A stretch of 64,000 nucleotides of DNA, taken from an uncultured Gemmatimonadales bacterium (GTDB lineage Bacteria > Gemmatimonadota > Gemmatimonadetes > Gemmatimonadales > GWC2-71-9). The position numbers and the translations under genes are program-made. Under the pieces are notes generated by a model. The model saw only the letters and a program-made list of their open reading frames with translations, was not told where the DNA came from and ran no database searches. Below, one piece after another: positions 37,835-48,270 of this stretch. The stretch is from assembly GCA_963757525.1 (NCBI GenBank), contig CAVWRM010000001.1, forward strand, positions 3,591,862-3,655,861, read 5' to 3'. Positions within the stretch are counted from its first letter, which is position 1; every line of letters starts with the position of its first letter.

Positions 37835-38127
37835 TCCGGGTCGCCCTCCCTCAGCACCTGCGGCAGCTGGCCCGGATCGACGGGGAGGTGGCGCTCGAGA
37901 TCGAGGGCCCCCCGACCCAGCGCGCGGTGCTCGACGCGCTCGAGGCACGGTATCCGGTGCTGAGGGGAACGGTCCGGAGCCAGACGGATCAGCGGCGCCG
38001 GCCCTTCATGCGGTTCTTCGCCTGCCAGCAGGACCTCTCGCACCAGAAACCCGACGAGCCGCTGCCGGACGCCGTCGCCTCGGGAGCGGAGCCGTTTCTC
38101 ATCGTGGGCGCCATCGCCGGCGGCTAG
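37831..38127 (+). CDS. MoaD/ThiS family ubiquitin-like protein
   Basis: ATGA overlap; L.ALE..YP.L, RRPF.RFF, C-terminal AIAGG. Confidence 0.9.
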   Translation: MIRVALPQHLRQLARIDGEVALEIEGPPTQRAVLDALEARYPVLRGTVRSQTDQRRRPFMRFFACQQDLSHQKPDEPLPDAVASGAEPFLIVGAIAGG

Positions 38128-38136
38128 CGCGCCCGA

Positions 38137-39288
<1,152 letters not shown>

Positions 39289-39299
39289 GTTCCGCTCCA

Positions 39300-39824
39300 T
39301 CATCGTGGTGGGCGGGTCGCTCCGCGAGTCGGGCCGACCAGCTGCTCGAGCAGCGTCATGGCAGTCGCGGGCGTGTCGGCCTCGAGAAGAGGCGACTCGC
39401 GAACGACCGCCGTGAAGAACGCCCTCGCCGCGGGGGCCGCGCCGAGCAGGATGATCGGACGCCCCGACGCCAGCGACAGGGCGACCTCGGACGCGGTGCC
39501 TGGTCCCTCGACCCCGCACGCCACCACGACGTCGCTGCTGAGAACGTTGATCGCGTTCCTCGCGTCGCCCATGCCGGTGAACACCGCGAGGTCGACGTGC
39601 TCGCTCACCGGCCCGTCGGGCCCCGAAGGCAGGATCCCGACCGTCAGGCTGCCCGCGACCGACTTGGCCCCGGCGCCGGCCGCGTCCATCACGCCGGCGG
39701 GCCGTCCGCCGGTGAGCAGCACCCACCCCGCCTGCGCCACGCGCCGGCCCAACTCATGGGCGGCCTGCCTGGCGGCGGCGGTGCACTCGCCCGCGCCGAC
39801 GATCCCGATGACCGGACGCCGCAT
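39300..39824 (-). CDS. TIGR00725/LOG-like Rossmann-fold protein
   Basis: IGIVGAG, TGG..GVMDA, TGMGDARN.IN, GTASEV. Confidence 0.85.
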   Translation of the reverse strand: MRRPVIGIVGAGECTAAARQAAHELGRRVAQAGWVLLTGGRPAGVMDAAGAGAKSVAGSLTVGILPSGPDGPVSEHVDLAVFTGMGDARNAINVLSSDVVVACGVEGPGTASEVALSLASGRPIILLGAAPAARAFFTAVVRESPLLEADTPATAMTLLEQLVGPTRGATRPPR

Positions 39825-39883
39825 GTTTCCGAGCCCTTTCGTGGAAGGCATGCCACCCCACAAGGTAGCGGGGACTCCGCGCC

Positions 39884-39916
39884 TTGACGGTCCGTCAACC
39901 TCTGACTAAAGTCAGA
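39884..39916 (+). promoter_or_regulatory. sigma70 promoter overlapped by two palindromes (putative MarR operator)
   Basis: TTGACG-N17-TAAAGT; TTGACGG-T-CCGTCAA and TCTGACT-AA-AGTCAGA. Confidence 0.7.
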
Positions 39917-39921
39917 GAATA

Positions 39922-40803
39922 ATGGACGACCGGATCGACCGGGTCCGCCGGTTCAATCGTCTCGTGACCCAGCGAGTCGGCGCGCTGGACGATCACTTTC
40001 TCGGCCGCGACCGCCCCCTCGGCGCCTCCCGTCTGCTGTTCGAGATCGGGGCCGGTGGCGCCGATCTTCGCGATCTCCGCCGGCGTCTCGACCTCGACTC
40101 GGGATATCTCAGCCGGCTGGTGAATCGACTCGCGCGCGAGGGACTCATCCATCTGCGCCCGAGGGCGGACGACGAACGGGTGCGCGAGGCCCGGCTCACC
40201 CCAAAAGGCCGGCGCGAGCTGCGTCTCATGAACGCGCGGGCGGACGATGTGGCGACCGCGCTTCTCACCCCCCTCACGCCCCCGCAACAGGCCCGCCTGG
40301 TCACCGCGATGGACGAGGTGCACCGGCTGCTGTACCTGGCGGGCCTGCGGATCGAGCGGGTCGACCCCGCCAGCCCCGACGCGCGCTGGTGCGTCGGGCA
40401 GTACTTCGAGGAGCTGAACCGGCGGTTCGAATCGGGATTCGATCCCGGTCTGAGCCTGCCCGCCGACGATGCCGACCTGGTTCCGCCGCACGGCGCCTTT
40501 CTGGTGGCGATCATCGACGGCGAGGTCGTCGCCGGAGGCGCGGTCAAGCGCATCTCGCGCGAAATGGGGTCACTCAAGCGGATGTGGGTAACCGAGATCG
40601 TCCGCGGCCTCGGCATCGGCCGGCGAGTGCTCGAGGCGCTCGAGCGGCAGGCACGTGAGCTCGGCGTCACCACGGTCAGGCTGGAAACGAATGGGGCGCT
40701 GAAGGAAGCGATCCGGCTCTATCGAACCGCGGGTTACACGGAGGTGCCCCCGTTCAACTCGGACCCCTACGCGCAACACTGGTTCGAGAAGCGTCTTGCA
40801 TAG
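39922..40803 (+). CDS. MarR-GNAT fusion regulator
   Basis: VRRFNR, LDSGYLSR, D.RVR...LT.KG; KRMWV...RGLGIG, RLETN. Confidence 0.92.
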   Translation: MDDRIDRVRRFNRLVTQRVGALDDHFLGRDRPLGASRLLFEIGAGGADLRDLRRRLDLDSGYLSRLVNRLAREGLIHLRPRADDERVREARLTPKGRRELRLMNARADDVATALLTPLTPPQQARLVTAMDEVHRLLYLAGLRIERVDPASPDARWCVGQYFEELNRRFESGFDPGLSLPADDADLVPPHGAFLVAIIDGEVVAGGAVKRISREMGSLKRMWVTEIVRGLGIGRRVLEALERQARELGVTTVRLETNGALKEAIRLYRTAGYTEVPPFNSDPYAQHWFEKRLA

Positions 40804-40830
40804 CGGGCTCGAGCCGGTGCGCCGACACGA

Positions 40831-41172
40831 TTAATCCGTGGACTCGAGCGGCTCGACGATGACGGCGGTGCCGTAGCAGAGCACTTCGGTCACCCCCGAC
40901 ATGATCTCGGTGGCGTCGTAGCGGACGCCGATGACGGCGTTGGCGCCGCGGCGCTGGGCGTGGGCCATGAGGATATCGAAGGCGTCGCCCCGCGCGCGCT
41001 CGCACAGGTTGGTCAGCAGGTTGATGTGGCCTCCGAACAGGGTTTCCACCTTGGCGCCGATGGTCCCGAACAGCGACCGCGACCGTACCGTGACGCCCCG
41101 GACTACGCCGAGTGAATGCATGATGCGATAGCCGTCGAGCGTGAAGGCGGTGGTCGTCATCTCCTCACCCAT
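40831..41172 (-). CDS. YbjQ/UPF0145 family protein
   Basis: GVVRGVTVRSR, GANAVIGVRYD, EVLCYGTAV. Confidence 0.9.
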   Translation of the reverse strand: MGEEMTTTAFTLDGYRIMHSLGVVRGVTVRSRSLFGTIGAKVETLFGGHINLLTNLCERARGDAFDILMAHAQRRGANAVIGVRYDATEIMSGVTEVLCYGTAVIVEPLESTD

Positions 41173-41202
41173 CGGCTCCTCCGATCACCGACCCCGGCGC
41201 CG

Positions 41203-41382
41203 TCATTCGGCGCTCCCGCCGAGCTGCTCCAGGAAACGCTCCACCGCGTCCTGGCGCTGCACGAGAAGATGCCGCAGGTCGTGCTGGTCGGTGCGCGCGA
41301 CCTCTCGCCGCAGCGTCGGGAGATAGTCGGCGAGGAGATCGCGCAGGAGGACGGTGTCCTCATCGGAAAGAACGAGTTGCAT
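41203..41382 (-). CDS. 59-aa helical hypothetical protein (MQLVLSDEDTVLLRDLLADYLPTLRREVARTD...), not in ORF track
   Basis: translated by hand; GGAGG SD, ATG 41382, TGA 41203-41205. Confidence 0.75.
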   Translation of the reverse strand: MQLVLSDEDTVLLRDLLADYLPTLRREVARTDQHDLRHLLVQRQDAVERFLEQLGGSAE

Positions 41383-41475
41383 ACATCCTCCAGGCGAGAG
41401 TGCGTGAGCAGGATGGAGGAATCACCATGACGGGGACGGGCTGACCGGATGCGGGAGGCGCTGCAGCCCGTCGCC

Positions 41476-41703
41476 TCAGCGATAATGCATGATGACGAAC
41501 CGGAGCAGCACCAGGACGATGACGAGCACCAGGATAATGACGAGGCCCACCGCGGCCTGGAGTCTCCGCGCCTTCGCGATGGCCTCCCGCTGGGCCCGTA
41601 CGGCTTCCTGCTGGTTGGCGAGCGCGCGCCCGTAGGCGTCCACCTGCTGCCGCTGCAGGTCGCGGATCTCCTCCAGGAGGCGTACGACGCGATCCTCGTC
41701 CAT
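41476..41703 (-). CDS. small protein with C-terminal TM helix
   Basis: LLEEIRDLQ coiled coil plus hydrophobic tail. Confidence 0.7.
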   Translation of the reverse strand: MDEDRVVRLLEEIRDLQRQQVDAYGRALANQQEAVRAQREAIAKARRLQAAVGLVIILVLVIVLVLLRFVIMHYR

Positions 41704-41720
41704 CGCCGGCTCTCCGGGCC

Positions 41721-41936
41721 TCAGGTCCGGTCTCGCTGCAGCACGATTTCGGTGCGGCCGTCGAAGCCGAGGTCGCCCATTCCGACGACACGCCAGCCCT
41801 CGCCGCCGAGCCGGTTGAGGATCCCGGGGAGATCACCGCCGAGCGGCGAGTCGATCCCGTTGAGATACCAGGTCACTCCGCCGACCTCTCCGGCCTGATC
41901 GCGTCCGATGAGGACCGCGTACTCGTATGTGGTCAT
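41721..41936 (-). CDS. small protein (DUF4177-like)
   Basis: YEY...LNRLG.EGWRVV. Confidence 0.65.
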   Translation of the reverse strand: MTTYEYAVLIGRDQAGEVGGVTWYLNGIDSPLGGDLPGILNRLGGEGWRVVGMGDLGFDGRTEIVLQRDRT

Positions 41937-41955
41937 CCGCGCCTCGAGCGTGTGG

Positions 41956-42765
41956 TCAATCGGGCTTCACCGCCGTCGCCACGACCGCTGGCGACGCGAA
42001 CGTGACTCCGGCGCGATCGTGGACGACGTGCGGCCGCAAGGCAGTCTCGGCCTCACTGAGAATCGCCTCGATGACGCGCTCCTCGAGCACGATGCCGACG
42101 ATCGGGAGCCAGTCGCGCACGTCGGCCTCGACCAGGCTCCGAATGCTGGGGAAGCGTCCCCGGCCCTGCTGGAGCCCGGTGCGGGCGTCCGGGATTCCGG
42201 CCGCTCGTAACGTGTCCGGCAGCCGGCTCCCCTCCCCCATGACGAACGGCGCCCCCAGTGCTTCGGCGACCTTCGGTCCCGCGTGACGCTGCGCCAGCTC
42301 GACCTCGGCCCGATAGACCGGTGTATCGGCGAGCGACCCCCAGACCGCGACCGCCAGACGGCCACCGGGCACCAGCACCCGCATCATCTCCCGAAGCGCT
42401 CGCACCGGGTCGGGAAAGAACATCAGGCCGAACTGGCTGACGACGGCGTCGAACGAATGGTCGGGAAACGGCAACGCGTCGGCGCTGCCCTGCCGCCAGG
42501 TGATGTCGGGACTCAGACGCGCGGCCACGGTGAGCATGCCCGCCGCCAGGTCGAGCCCGGTGACCGCTCCACCGGGCGCCGCGCGCACCGCGGCCGCCCG
42601 GGCGAGCACCCCCGTTCCGCATGCGACGTCGAGGACTCGATCGCCGGGACCGACCCGCGCGGCGCCGGCGACTCGAGGCGCCCACTCTTCCATCAAGGCC
42701 GGGACCAGCTTGTCCTGATAACCCGCGGCCGACTCGATCTGCTCGCGAAGGGCCGTCTCACTCAT
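41956..42765 (-). CDS. UbiE-like class I SAM methyltransferase
   Basis: VLDVACGTG, LPFPD.SFD, QFGLMFFPD. Confidence 0.9.
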   Translation of the reverse strand: MSETALREQIESAAGYQDKLVPALMEEWAPRVAGAARVGPGDRVLDVACGTGVLARAAAVRAAPGGAVTGLDLAAGMLTVAARLSPDITWRQGSADALPFPDHSFDAVVSQFGLMFFPDPVRALREMMRVLVPGGRLAVAVWGSLADTPVYRAEVELAQRHAGPKVAEALGAPFVMGEGSRLPDTLRAAGIPDARTGLQQGRGRFPSIRSLVEADVRDWLPIVGIVLEERVIEAILSEAETALRPHVVHDRAGVTFASPAVVATAVKPD

Positions 42766-43255
42766 GCGGCGTCCCATGCCGGTCTGACACCGGTAAGCTG
42801 GCCGCAGGCGTCTCCGCGGGCACGCCGCCGTCGAGGCGGAACGTGAACATCACCGGTGGATCTGCGAGATCCGTCCCTCCGGCCGATTCGTACAGCCGGA
42901 TCGCCGCGCCATTCGCGGGACTCGTGAGCACCCAGGCTTCCCGACAGCCGAGCGCCCGCCCGTGCGCGAACATGGTCTGCAGGACCCTCCGGCCGAGGCC
43001 CTGGCGCTGATGCGACGGGGCCACGCCCACCTCGTTGATCCATAGCTCCACGGGCTTGTCAGGATGGACGTAATGGACGGCCGACGCGAAGCCCACCACC
43101 ACGCCGTCCTCGAGAGCGACGGAGAGATGATGGCGCGCATCGCGGAGGAACTCGCGCGCGAGGGCGGGATCGACGTCGTGATCGAAGACGCCGGGGGCGA
43201 CTCGAGTCAGGACAGCCTCGTCATTCGGACCGAGAACGCGGAATTCTAAGCTCAT
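42758..43255 (-). CDS. GNAT acetyltransferase
   Basis: HPDKP.ELWINEVGV.PSHQRQGLG, N.AA.RLY. Confidence 0.9.
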   Translation of the reverse strand: MSLEFRVLGPNDEAVLTRVAPGVFDHDVDPALAREFLRDARHHLSVALEDGVVVGFASAVHYVHPDKPVELWINEVGVAPSHQRQGLGRRVLQTMFAHGRALGCREAWVLTSPANGAAIRLYESAGGTDLADPPVMFTFRLDGGVPAETPAASLPVSDRHGTPHE

Positions 43256-43644
43256 CGGGTCTCCGTTCCCGGGCCGGCCTGCCAGGGCGTCACCACCACC
43301 TGCATGCCGGCGCCCGTGCCGTCATCGGAGTCGAGCCGGATGTCGGCTCGACCCGCGCGCAGCGCCCGCACGACACCGGTGGAGTCCACGCTCGCGATGT
43401 CCGGGGCCGTGGACCGCCAGCGCACCCGGTGCGACCGATCCGCACAGTCGAGGCAGCTGGTCCCCCGCTCGCAGGTCAGGCCATTCACCCGCACCTGAAG
43501 CGTGCCGCCGACGGGAAGGTCGGTGCTGGACGGTTCGAGCCGGACAAAGGCGCAGAGGCCCTCGGGGCTGGTCGCGAGGCGACACTCAGTGGTCCGAGAC
43601 GACGCGGCCAGCAGCAACCAGAAGACGGCCTGAAATCGGAACAC
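43252..43644 (-). CDS. secreted Ig-like (Big_2) domain protein
   Basis: WRSTAPDIASVDSTGVV.A...G.A. Confidence 0.7.
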   Translation of the reverse strand: MFRFQAVFWLLLAASSRTTECRLATSPEGLCAFVRLEPSSTDLPVGGTLQVRVNGLTCERGTSCLDCADRSHRVRWRSTAPDIASVDSTGVVRALRAGRADIRLDSDDGTGAGMQVVVTPWQAGPGTETR

Positions 43645-43703
43645 GCGTGCCTCGCCTTCCCATCCGTCAATCTACGATGTCGCGCGTCCTTCGCACCCGG
43701 CGC

Positions 43704-44057
43704 TCAGCGGCTGCGACGAGCCTTTCTGCGCCTGGCATTCCGCGCGACCTCGATTGCGGCCTCCACCCAGGGGCGCAAGGCCTCCGGATCCTCCAGCAGA
43801 TCCTCGGGCACCCCGTAGTATTGCATGACCTCGCCCTGCTCGCCGCCGGGCCGAAACGGTCCCATGCCACGCTCCTCGAAGCGGCCACGGTTGGTATCGT
43901 CCACCTTCAGGTACAGCATGTCGTCGTCCATCAGGCCGAAGAAGAGATCGGTGGCGTAGATACCGACGCCGCCGAACATGCTTCGCGCCCGGATTCCCGG
44001 TGTCGCCCGGGCCAGCTGGTCGAGGACGAAGCTTCGGAAGCTGGGACTGACACTCAC
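43704..44057 (-). CDS. TfoX/Sxy N-terminal domain protein
   Basis: RSMFGGVGIY, LYLKVD, M.YY.VP. Confidence 0.9.
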   Translation of the reverse strand: MSVSPSFRSFVLDQLARATPGIRARSMFGGVGIYATDLFFGLMDDDMLYLKVDDTNRGRFEERGMGPFRPGGEQGEVMQYYGVPEDLLEDPEALRPWVEAAIEVARNARRRKARRSR

Positions 44058-44134
44058 CTCAATCGCCCCCGGGCCGTGGTCATGACTCAAAGATGAAGCC
44101 TCCGCCGGGGCGGGTCAAAACAGGGCCGTCTCCC

Positions 44135-44341
44135 TCAGAGGTCCTCCTGGATGAACCGGGGGCCGAGATGGATCGACCTGATGAACTGGACCTCGTCATA
44201 CGGGTGCCGGTGCGGCCCCGGCCCGCGCCCGGGGAGCGCGCTCAGGAGAAAGGCGCAGATATTGACGTCGCCGTTGTCGGCGCCGACGAACTCGTGAGAG
44301 CTGCCTCGAACGGGCAGGTCCTGCTGACGGACTCGAATCAT
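44135..44341 (-). pseudogene. cupin with in-frame internal deletion
   Basis: motif 1 PHRHPYDE runs straight into C-terminal IHLGPRFIQEDL; motif 2 missing. Confidence 0.6.
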
Positions 44342-44371
44342 CCAGACGATGCTCCGGTGAATGTGACGACA

Positions 44372-44626
44372 TCATGCCTCCGGCGGCCGCCGAACGCTCG
44401 TCTCCTCCCGCCGCTGAATCAGACGGCGTTCGGCGTCGTCCAGTCTCTCCTCGACGTCGATGACGCGATCACCGACGTGTTCGAGCGCATCGAGTCGCCG
44501 CCGCGTGTCTTCGAGCAGCTCGTGATGGCGGGCGATCCGGCGCCGCTCGCGCTGCACGAACACGATGCCGCCCCAGACCCCCCCGGTGATGAGCGCCGTA
44601 ACCAGCACCCAGACGATCTCGTTCAT
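44372..44626 (-). CDS. small TM + coiled-coil protein (ERLD..ER.L motif)
   Basis: N-terminal TM; VEERLDDAERRL. Confidence 0.7.
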   Translation of the reverse strand: MNEIVWVLVTALITGGVWGGIVFVQRERRRIARHHELLEDTRRRLDALEHVGDRVIDVEERLDDAERRLIQRREETSVRRPPEA

Positions 44627-44716
44627 GGCGCCGACAGTGCGCGGCCTGGGCCAGGATGAGGCCGGCGAACGTCGCCTGAAATCGGGTGAGCGGGTGGCGA
44701 TCCGGTCACCGCCGGC

Positions 44717-45139
44717 TCACTCCCGGTGGACCTGATGTCCTGCTCGGGCCAAGGCGGCCACCGCCTTGTCGAGGTCCCGGGCCTTCACCAGTACGTAATC
44801 GGTCTCGAAGGTCGAGATGGCGAAGATGCTGAGTCCGGCGTCGGCCAGCGGGTCGGCGATCGCGGCAAGAATCCCGATGAGGTCGAGCGGAAGGTTGCCG
44901 CGTACGCGGAGTGCTCGATAGCCACGCTCGCATCGCACATGTGCCGGCACGGCGGATTCCACCGTCGTAATGGACAGCTCCTCGGCGGTCCGACTGACAG
45001 TGAGGAACGGGCTGCCGGTCGCCGCCCAGGAAGGCGTCGTCGCGTCGGCCGGCAATCGGCAGACTGCCAGTGTATCCGGCAGCAGCTCCAGGGGCAGGTG
45101 GGGGCGAGAAACAGGAGCGGGCTGTTGCGCGGCGGCCAT
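44717..45139 (-). CDS. ACT domain protein (ACT_7/CASTOR-like)
   Basis: RTAEELS, GILA.I..PLA.AG.SIFAISTFETDYVLV. Confidence 0.9.
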   Translation of the reverse strand: MAAAQQPAPVSRPHLPLELLPDTLAVCRLPADATTPSWAATGSPFLTVSRTAEELSITTVESAVPAHVRCERGYRALRVRGNLPLDLIGILAAIADPLADAGLSIFAISTFETDYVLVKARDLDKAVAALARAGHQVHRE

Positions 45140-45192
45140 GACGAGTGGACTCCCCGCGAGCGCCGTGAAGGCGATCGCGAACCGAAGCAGGG

Positions 45193-45765
45193 TCAGGCGT
45201 GGCGTACGCCGCCCGCCGACTGAACGACGTCGCCGGCGCTTCGCACAGTCGCGAATTCGCCGTGGAGGCTGGCCAACGCGGCGCGATGCATGAGGTCGGC
45301 GCTGTAGTGACTTCCGTCCGGGCCCTGGCGCTCGAACGTCGCCGTCGCGTCCTCCACCACCGTGACCGTGAAGCCCAGGTTACCGGCCATCCGCACCGTG
45401 GTGGAGACGCAGTGGTCGGTCGTGATCCCCGCCACGACGAGCTCCTGGATGCCATTGTTCCGGAGGTGAGCCTCGAGACCCGTGCCGATGAAGGCGCTGT
45501 TGACGTGCTTCTGAAACACGGGCTCCCCGGCCCGCGGCAGCGCTTCCGCCTTGAAGGCGTGGCCGGGGCGATCCTGACGGAGTGGTGACTGTGGCTCCAG
45601 CGACAGGTGCTGGACATGGATGACCGGCCGGCCGGTTGCGCGCCAGGTGGAGAGCAGCTCGGCGATCCGGCGCTCCGCACCGGGATTGTTGCGCGACCCC
45701 CATTTGGGATCGTCCATCCCCTGCTGCACGTCCACCAGCAGCAGCGCGGCACGGGGAGAGAGCAT
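45193..45765 (-). CDS. isochorismatase / cysteine hydrolase
   Basis: ALLLVDVQ, KHVNSAF, GITTDHCVSTT. Confidence 0.92.
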   Translation of the reverse strand: MLSPRAALLLVDVQQGMDDPKWGSRNNPGAERRIAELLSTWRATGRPVIHVQHLSLEPQSPLRQDRPGHAFKAEALPRAGEPVFQKHVNSAFIGTGLEAHLRNNGIQELVVAGITTDHCVSTTVRMAGNLGFTVTVVEDATATFERQGPDGSHYSADLMHRAALASLHGEFATVRSAGDVVQSAGGVRHA

Positions 45766-45892
45766 CACCGGGCTCCTCGACGGAGACACGTACCACCCTT
45801 CGAGAAAGCCCACCGGGCTGATGTCGCACCCCTCGGCGTACGCCGGGCCGCGTCACGCGGCTCGGCGGCACGAACCAGAAACATGACCGAGC

Positions 45893-46270
45893 TCAGCGAA
45901 CCCGCTCGCAGGTGCCGCGCACCGGAAACCACGAGTCGCTGCTGGACGCGAAGCCGACCAGCTCTCCCGAGCCGAGATTCGCGACCACGGTCAGGGTGAA
46001 CCCGGAAGGGGCGAGGTAGGACACGGTGTACGTTTCGGGGCCTACCTCGAACGCCCCATACGGCACCCGCTCCGGAGTTCCGCTGGTTGACGGACCGCCG
46101 GCCTCGGGCGCGTCGCCGTCGACTTCACGCCATTCGACGGTGCCATCGCCGTGGAATACGTGCTCGTGGATCTTGCCCTTGGTCGGCCCCTCGGTCCAAC
46201 TCCAGCGCATGGTCGTCCCACGAATGGCGTCCGACCGGGGAATATCGGGGTTCTTCTTGTCCGGGCTCAT
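45893..46270 (-). CDS. MoaF-N / phenolic acid decarboxylase-like beta protein
   Basis: W.EGP..G, Y.VSY...SGFTLTV, GFAS. Confidence 0.6.
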   Translation of the reverse strand: MSPDKKNPDIPRSDAIRGTTMRWSWTEGPTKGKIHEHVFHGDGTVEWREVDGDAPEAGGPSTSGTPERVPYGAFEVGPETYTVSYLAPSGFTLTVVANLGSGELVGFASSSDSWFPVRGTCERVR

Positions 46271-46557
46271 GGGTGCGTCCCTCTAAGCTGGTGCGTGTCG
46301 AGGTGACGACCGCTGCTGTCGGTAGCGGCCGCAAAGACTGCCGGCGGCTCGGCCAGCCGTGTCTCCGGCATCGTGTCCTTCGCCACCGGCCGGCGGACAG
46401 GAAACCGGCCGGCCAGTGTCCAACAGGTCGACGCGGAGCGGAACGAGCAATCCGGCGCCCGCAGCGGCGCCATGGTCGTGCTTGGCGGCGCCGTGGCGCA
46501 CGCGGCCGCAAGGGTCAAACCGATCGCGCATGGCATCATGGGTACCAGTCGAGTCAT
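46267..46557 (-). CDS. hypothetical lipoprotein
   Basis: ATGA overlaps on both sides; LAAAC lipobox. Confidence 0.55.
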   Translation of the reverse strand: MTRLVPMMPCAIGLTLAAACATAPPSTTMAPLRAPDCSFRSASTCWTLAGRFPVRRPVAKDTMPETRLAEPPAVFAAATDSSGRHLDTHQLRGTHP

Positions 46558-47168
46558 GGTCGCCCCTCGCCGCCCGGTGCGTCACGGCTCACGCGCCACT
46601 CGAGATGGCGGCGCACGGCCGGCCATTCGGAAGCGATGATACTGTACATCACGGTGTCGCGCACCGAGCCGTCGCGGCGCGCGAAATGATGACGAAGCAC
46701 GCCATCCTTCCTGGCCCCCAGGCCCTCGATGGCTCGTTGCGACCGGAAGTTGAAGTTGTCGGTGCGGAAACCGACGAGCCGGCAGCCGAGCGTATCGAAG
46801 GCATGGGTCAGCAACAGCAGCTTGCAGCCGGAGTTGATGTGGCTGCGCTGTCGGCTCGCGGCATACCACGTGTATCCGATCTCGACCCGATCGATGCTCG
46901 GCACCATGTCGTGATAACGGGTGGAGCCGGCGATCGTGCCGCTGGCGAGATCGCGAACCGCCCACGGAAGCATGTGACTCTCCGCCTGGCCTGCGAGGGC
47001 ATCCGCGATGTAACCGGACATCTGGGCCGCCGTGGGCACGGATGTGAACCATAGCTCCCAGAGCCTGCCGTCGGCCGCGGCGGCGATCAGGCCCTCGGCG
47101 TGATCGGACCGGAGCGGCTCCAACCTCACGCCGTGTCCCTCGAGGGTCACCGGCCCGGGCGCCTTCAT
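46554..47168 (-). CDS. RimJ/RimL-type GNAT acetyltransferase
   Basis: VRLEPL, EIGYTW, KLLLLTHAF, N.RSQRAIE.LGA..DG. Confidence 0.92.
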   Translation of the reverse strand: MKAPGPVTLEGHGVRLEPLRSDHAEGLIAAAADGRLWELWFTSVPTAAQMSGYIADALAGQAESHMLPWAVRDLASGTIAGSTRYHDMVPSIDRVEIGYTWYAASRQRSHINSGCKLLLLTHAFDTLGCRLVGFRTDNFNFRSQRAIEGLGARKDGVLRHHFARRDGSVRDTVMYSIIASEWPAVRRHLEWRVSRDAPGGEGRP

Positions 47169-47171
47169 CGG

Positions 47172-47618
47172 CTACGACGCCCCGTAGGACTCGAGCAGAC
47201 GAAGAATCGAGGCCGCCTCGACCGATCGGGCGTGGTCATCGACGAACCTGTCGAGATGGCTCTGGAGCAGGTGGTACTCCTTCTGGTTTCGAATGTGTCC
47301 GCGGCGCAGGATCCCGGCAACCGCCCGGGCATCAGCCTGCAGCAGGTCCTGCAACGACGACCCGGTGGCCTGGTCCACCGCCTGCGCGATGTGCCGGCGT
47401 TGTTCGGCGGGCAGCGCGCTCAGCATATCTCCGAGGTCCCGCACCGCCGACCGCATGCCGCGCACGTTCTGGGTGTCGCGGGCGCCGTCCAGTGCGCGCT
47501 TGAACTGCTGGCCCAGGTCCCCGATCTGCCCCCGGTTCGCCAGCGCGCGCACGATCGCCTGGCCCAGCTCGTGGAGCCGGCGCAGCTCCGACAGATGTTC
47601 CGGCTTCAACCGGGCCAC
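47172..47618 (-). CDS. hypothetical helical protein
   Basis: protein-like; IL.RG.IRN..EY motif. Confidence 0.6.
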   Translation of the reverse strand: MARLKPEHLSELRRLHELGQAIVRALANRGQIGDLGQQFKRALDGARDTQNVRGMRSAVRDLGDMLSALPAEQRRHIAQAVDQATGSSLQDLLQADARAVAGILRRGHIRNQKEYHLLQSHLDRFVDDHARSVEAASILRLLESYGAS

Positions 47619-47645
47619 GGAATCTTCCTCCTGCCATCGGGTCCA

Positions 47646-47965
47646 CTACTGCAACGCCAGGAAGTCGATCAGCTTCTGATAAATGGCTGATGCCCCGGGA
47701 AAATCATAGTTGACCAGCACGATCGCGACATAGCTCCCGTCCTCCAACCAGCCGAGCTCCGACCCGATGCCAGACCCCGGTTCACCACCGCCGTGTCCGC
47801 GCACCGGCTTGCCGCCGGCCTGCTCGACGAGGAATCCATAGCCGTACCAGTCGCCCCGAGCGTGCGGGGCCAGCAGACGCCCGAGTCGGCCGCCGGCCGG
47901 GTCTGCGCAGAGACACCGGCTCGCGCGAAGATCAGCAGTCCGAGAGCTGCAGTCAGCCCCCGCAT
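47646..47965 (-). pseudogene. serine hydrolase (beta-lactamase-like) remnant: signal peptide joined out of frame to C-terminus
   Basis: [11 protein letters not shown]...SAQ in one frame; YGYGF...GHGGG...VIVLVNYD-type tail in another; catalytic core missing. Confidence 0.75.
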
Positions 47966-48078
47966 CGGCCACTTCCTGGCAGCCCGGTGATGTCGCTCAC
48001 GGCGTTCCACGTCGCTCCCGGGGTACCGTCAGACACTCGGCCGGGCGGTCTTCCGGCGTTCCATTTCTTGGAGGCACC

Positions 48079-48255
48079 ATGTTGCGCTGGGCCCTCATCT
48101 TCTTCATCATCGCTCTCGTGGCCGCGGCTCTTGGCTTCGGGGGGATCGCGTCGGCCGCGGCCGGCATCGCGAAGATCATCTTCTACCTCTTCCTGGCGCT
48201 GTTCCTCGTTGCCCTGATCGCGGGAGTCGCCGTGGGACGACGGGTTACCCACTGA
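48079..48255 (+). CDS. DUF1328 (UPF0391/YtjA-like) small membrane protein, not in ORF track
   Basis: GGAGG SD; [35 protein letters not shown]. Confidence 0.92.
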   Translation: MLRWALIFFIIALVAAALGFGGIASAAAGIAKIIFYLFLALFLVALIAGVAVGRRVTH

Positions 48256-48270
48256 GTTGCAACCGGACCC

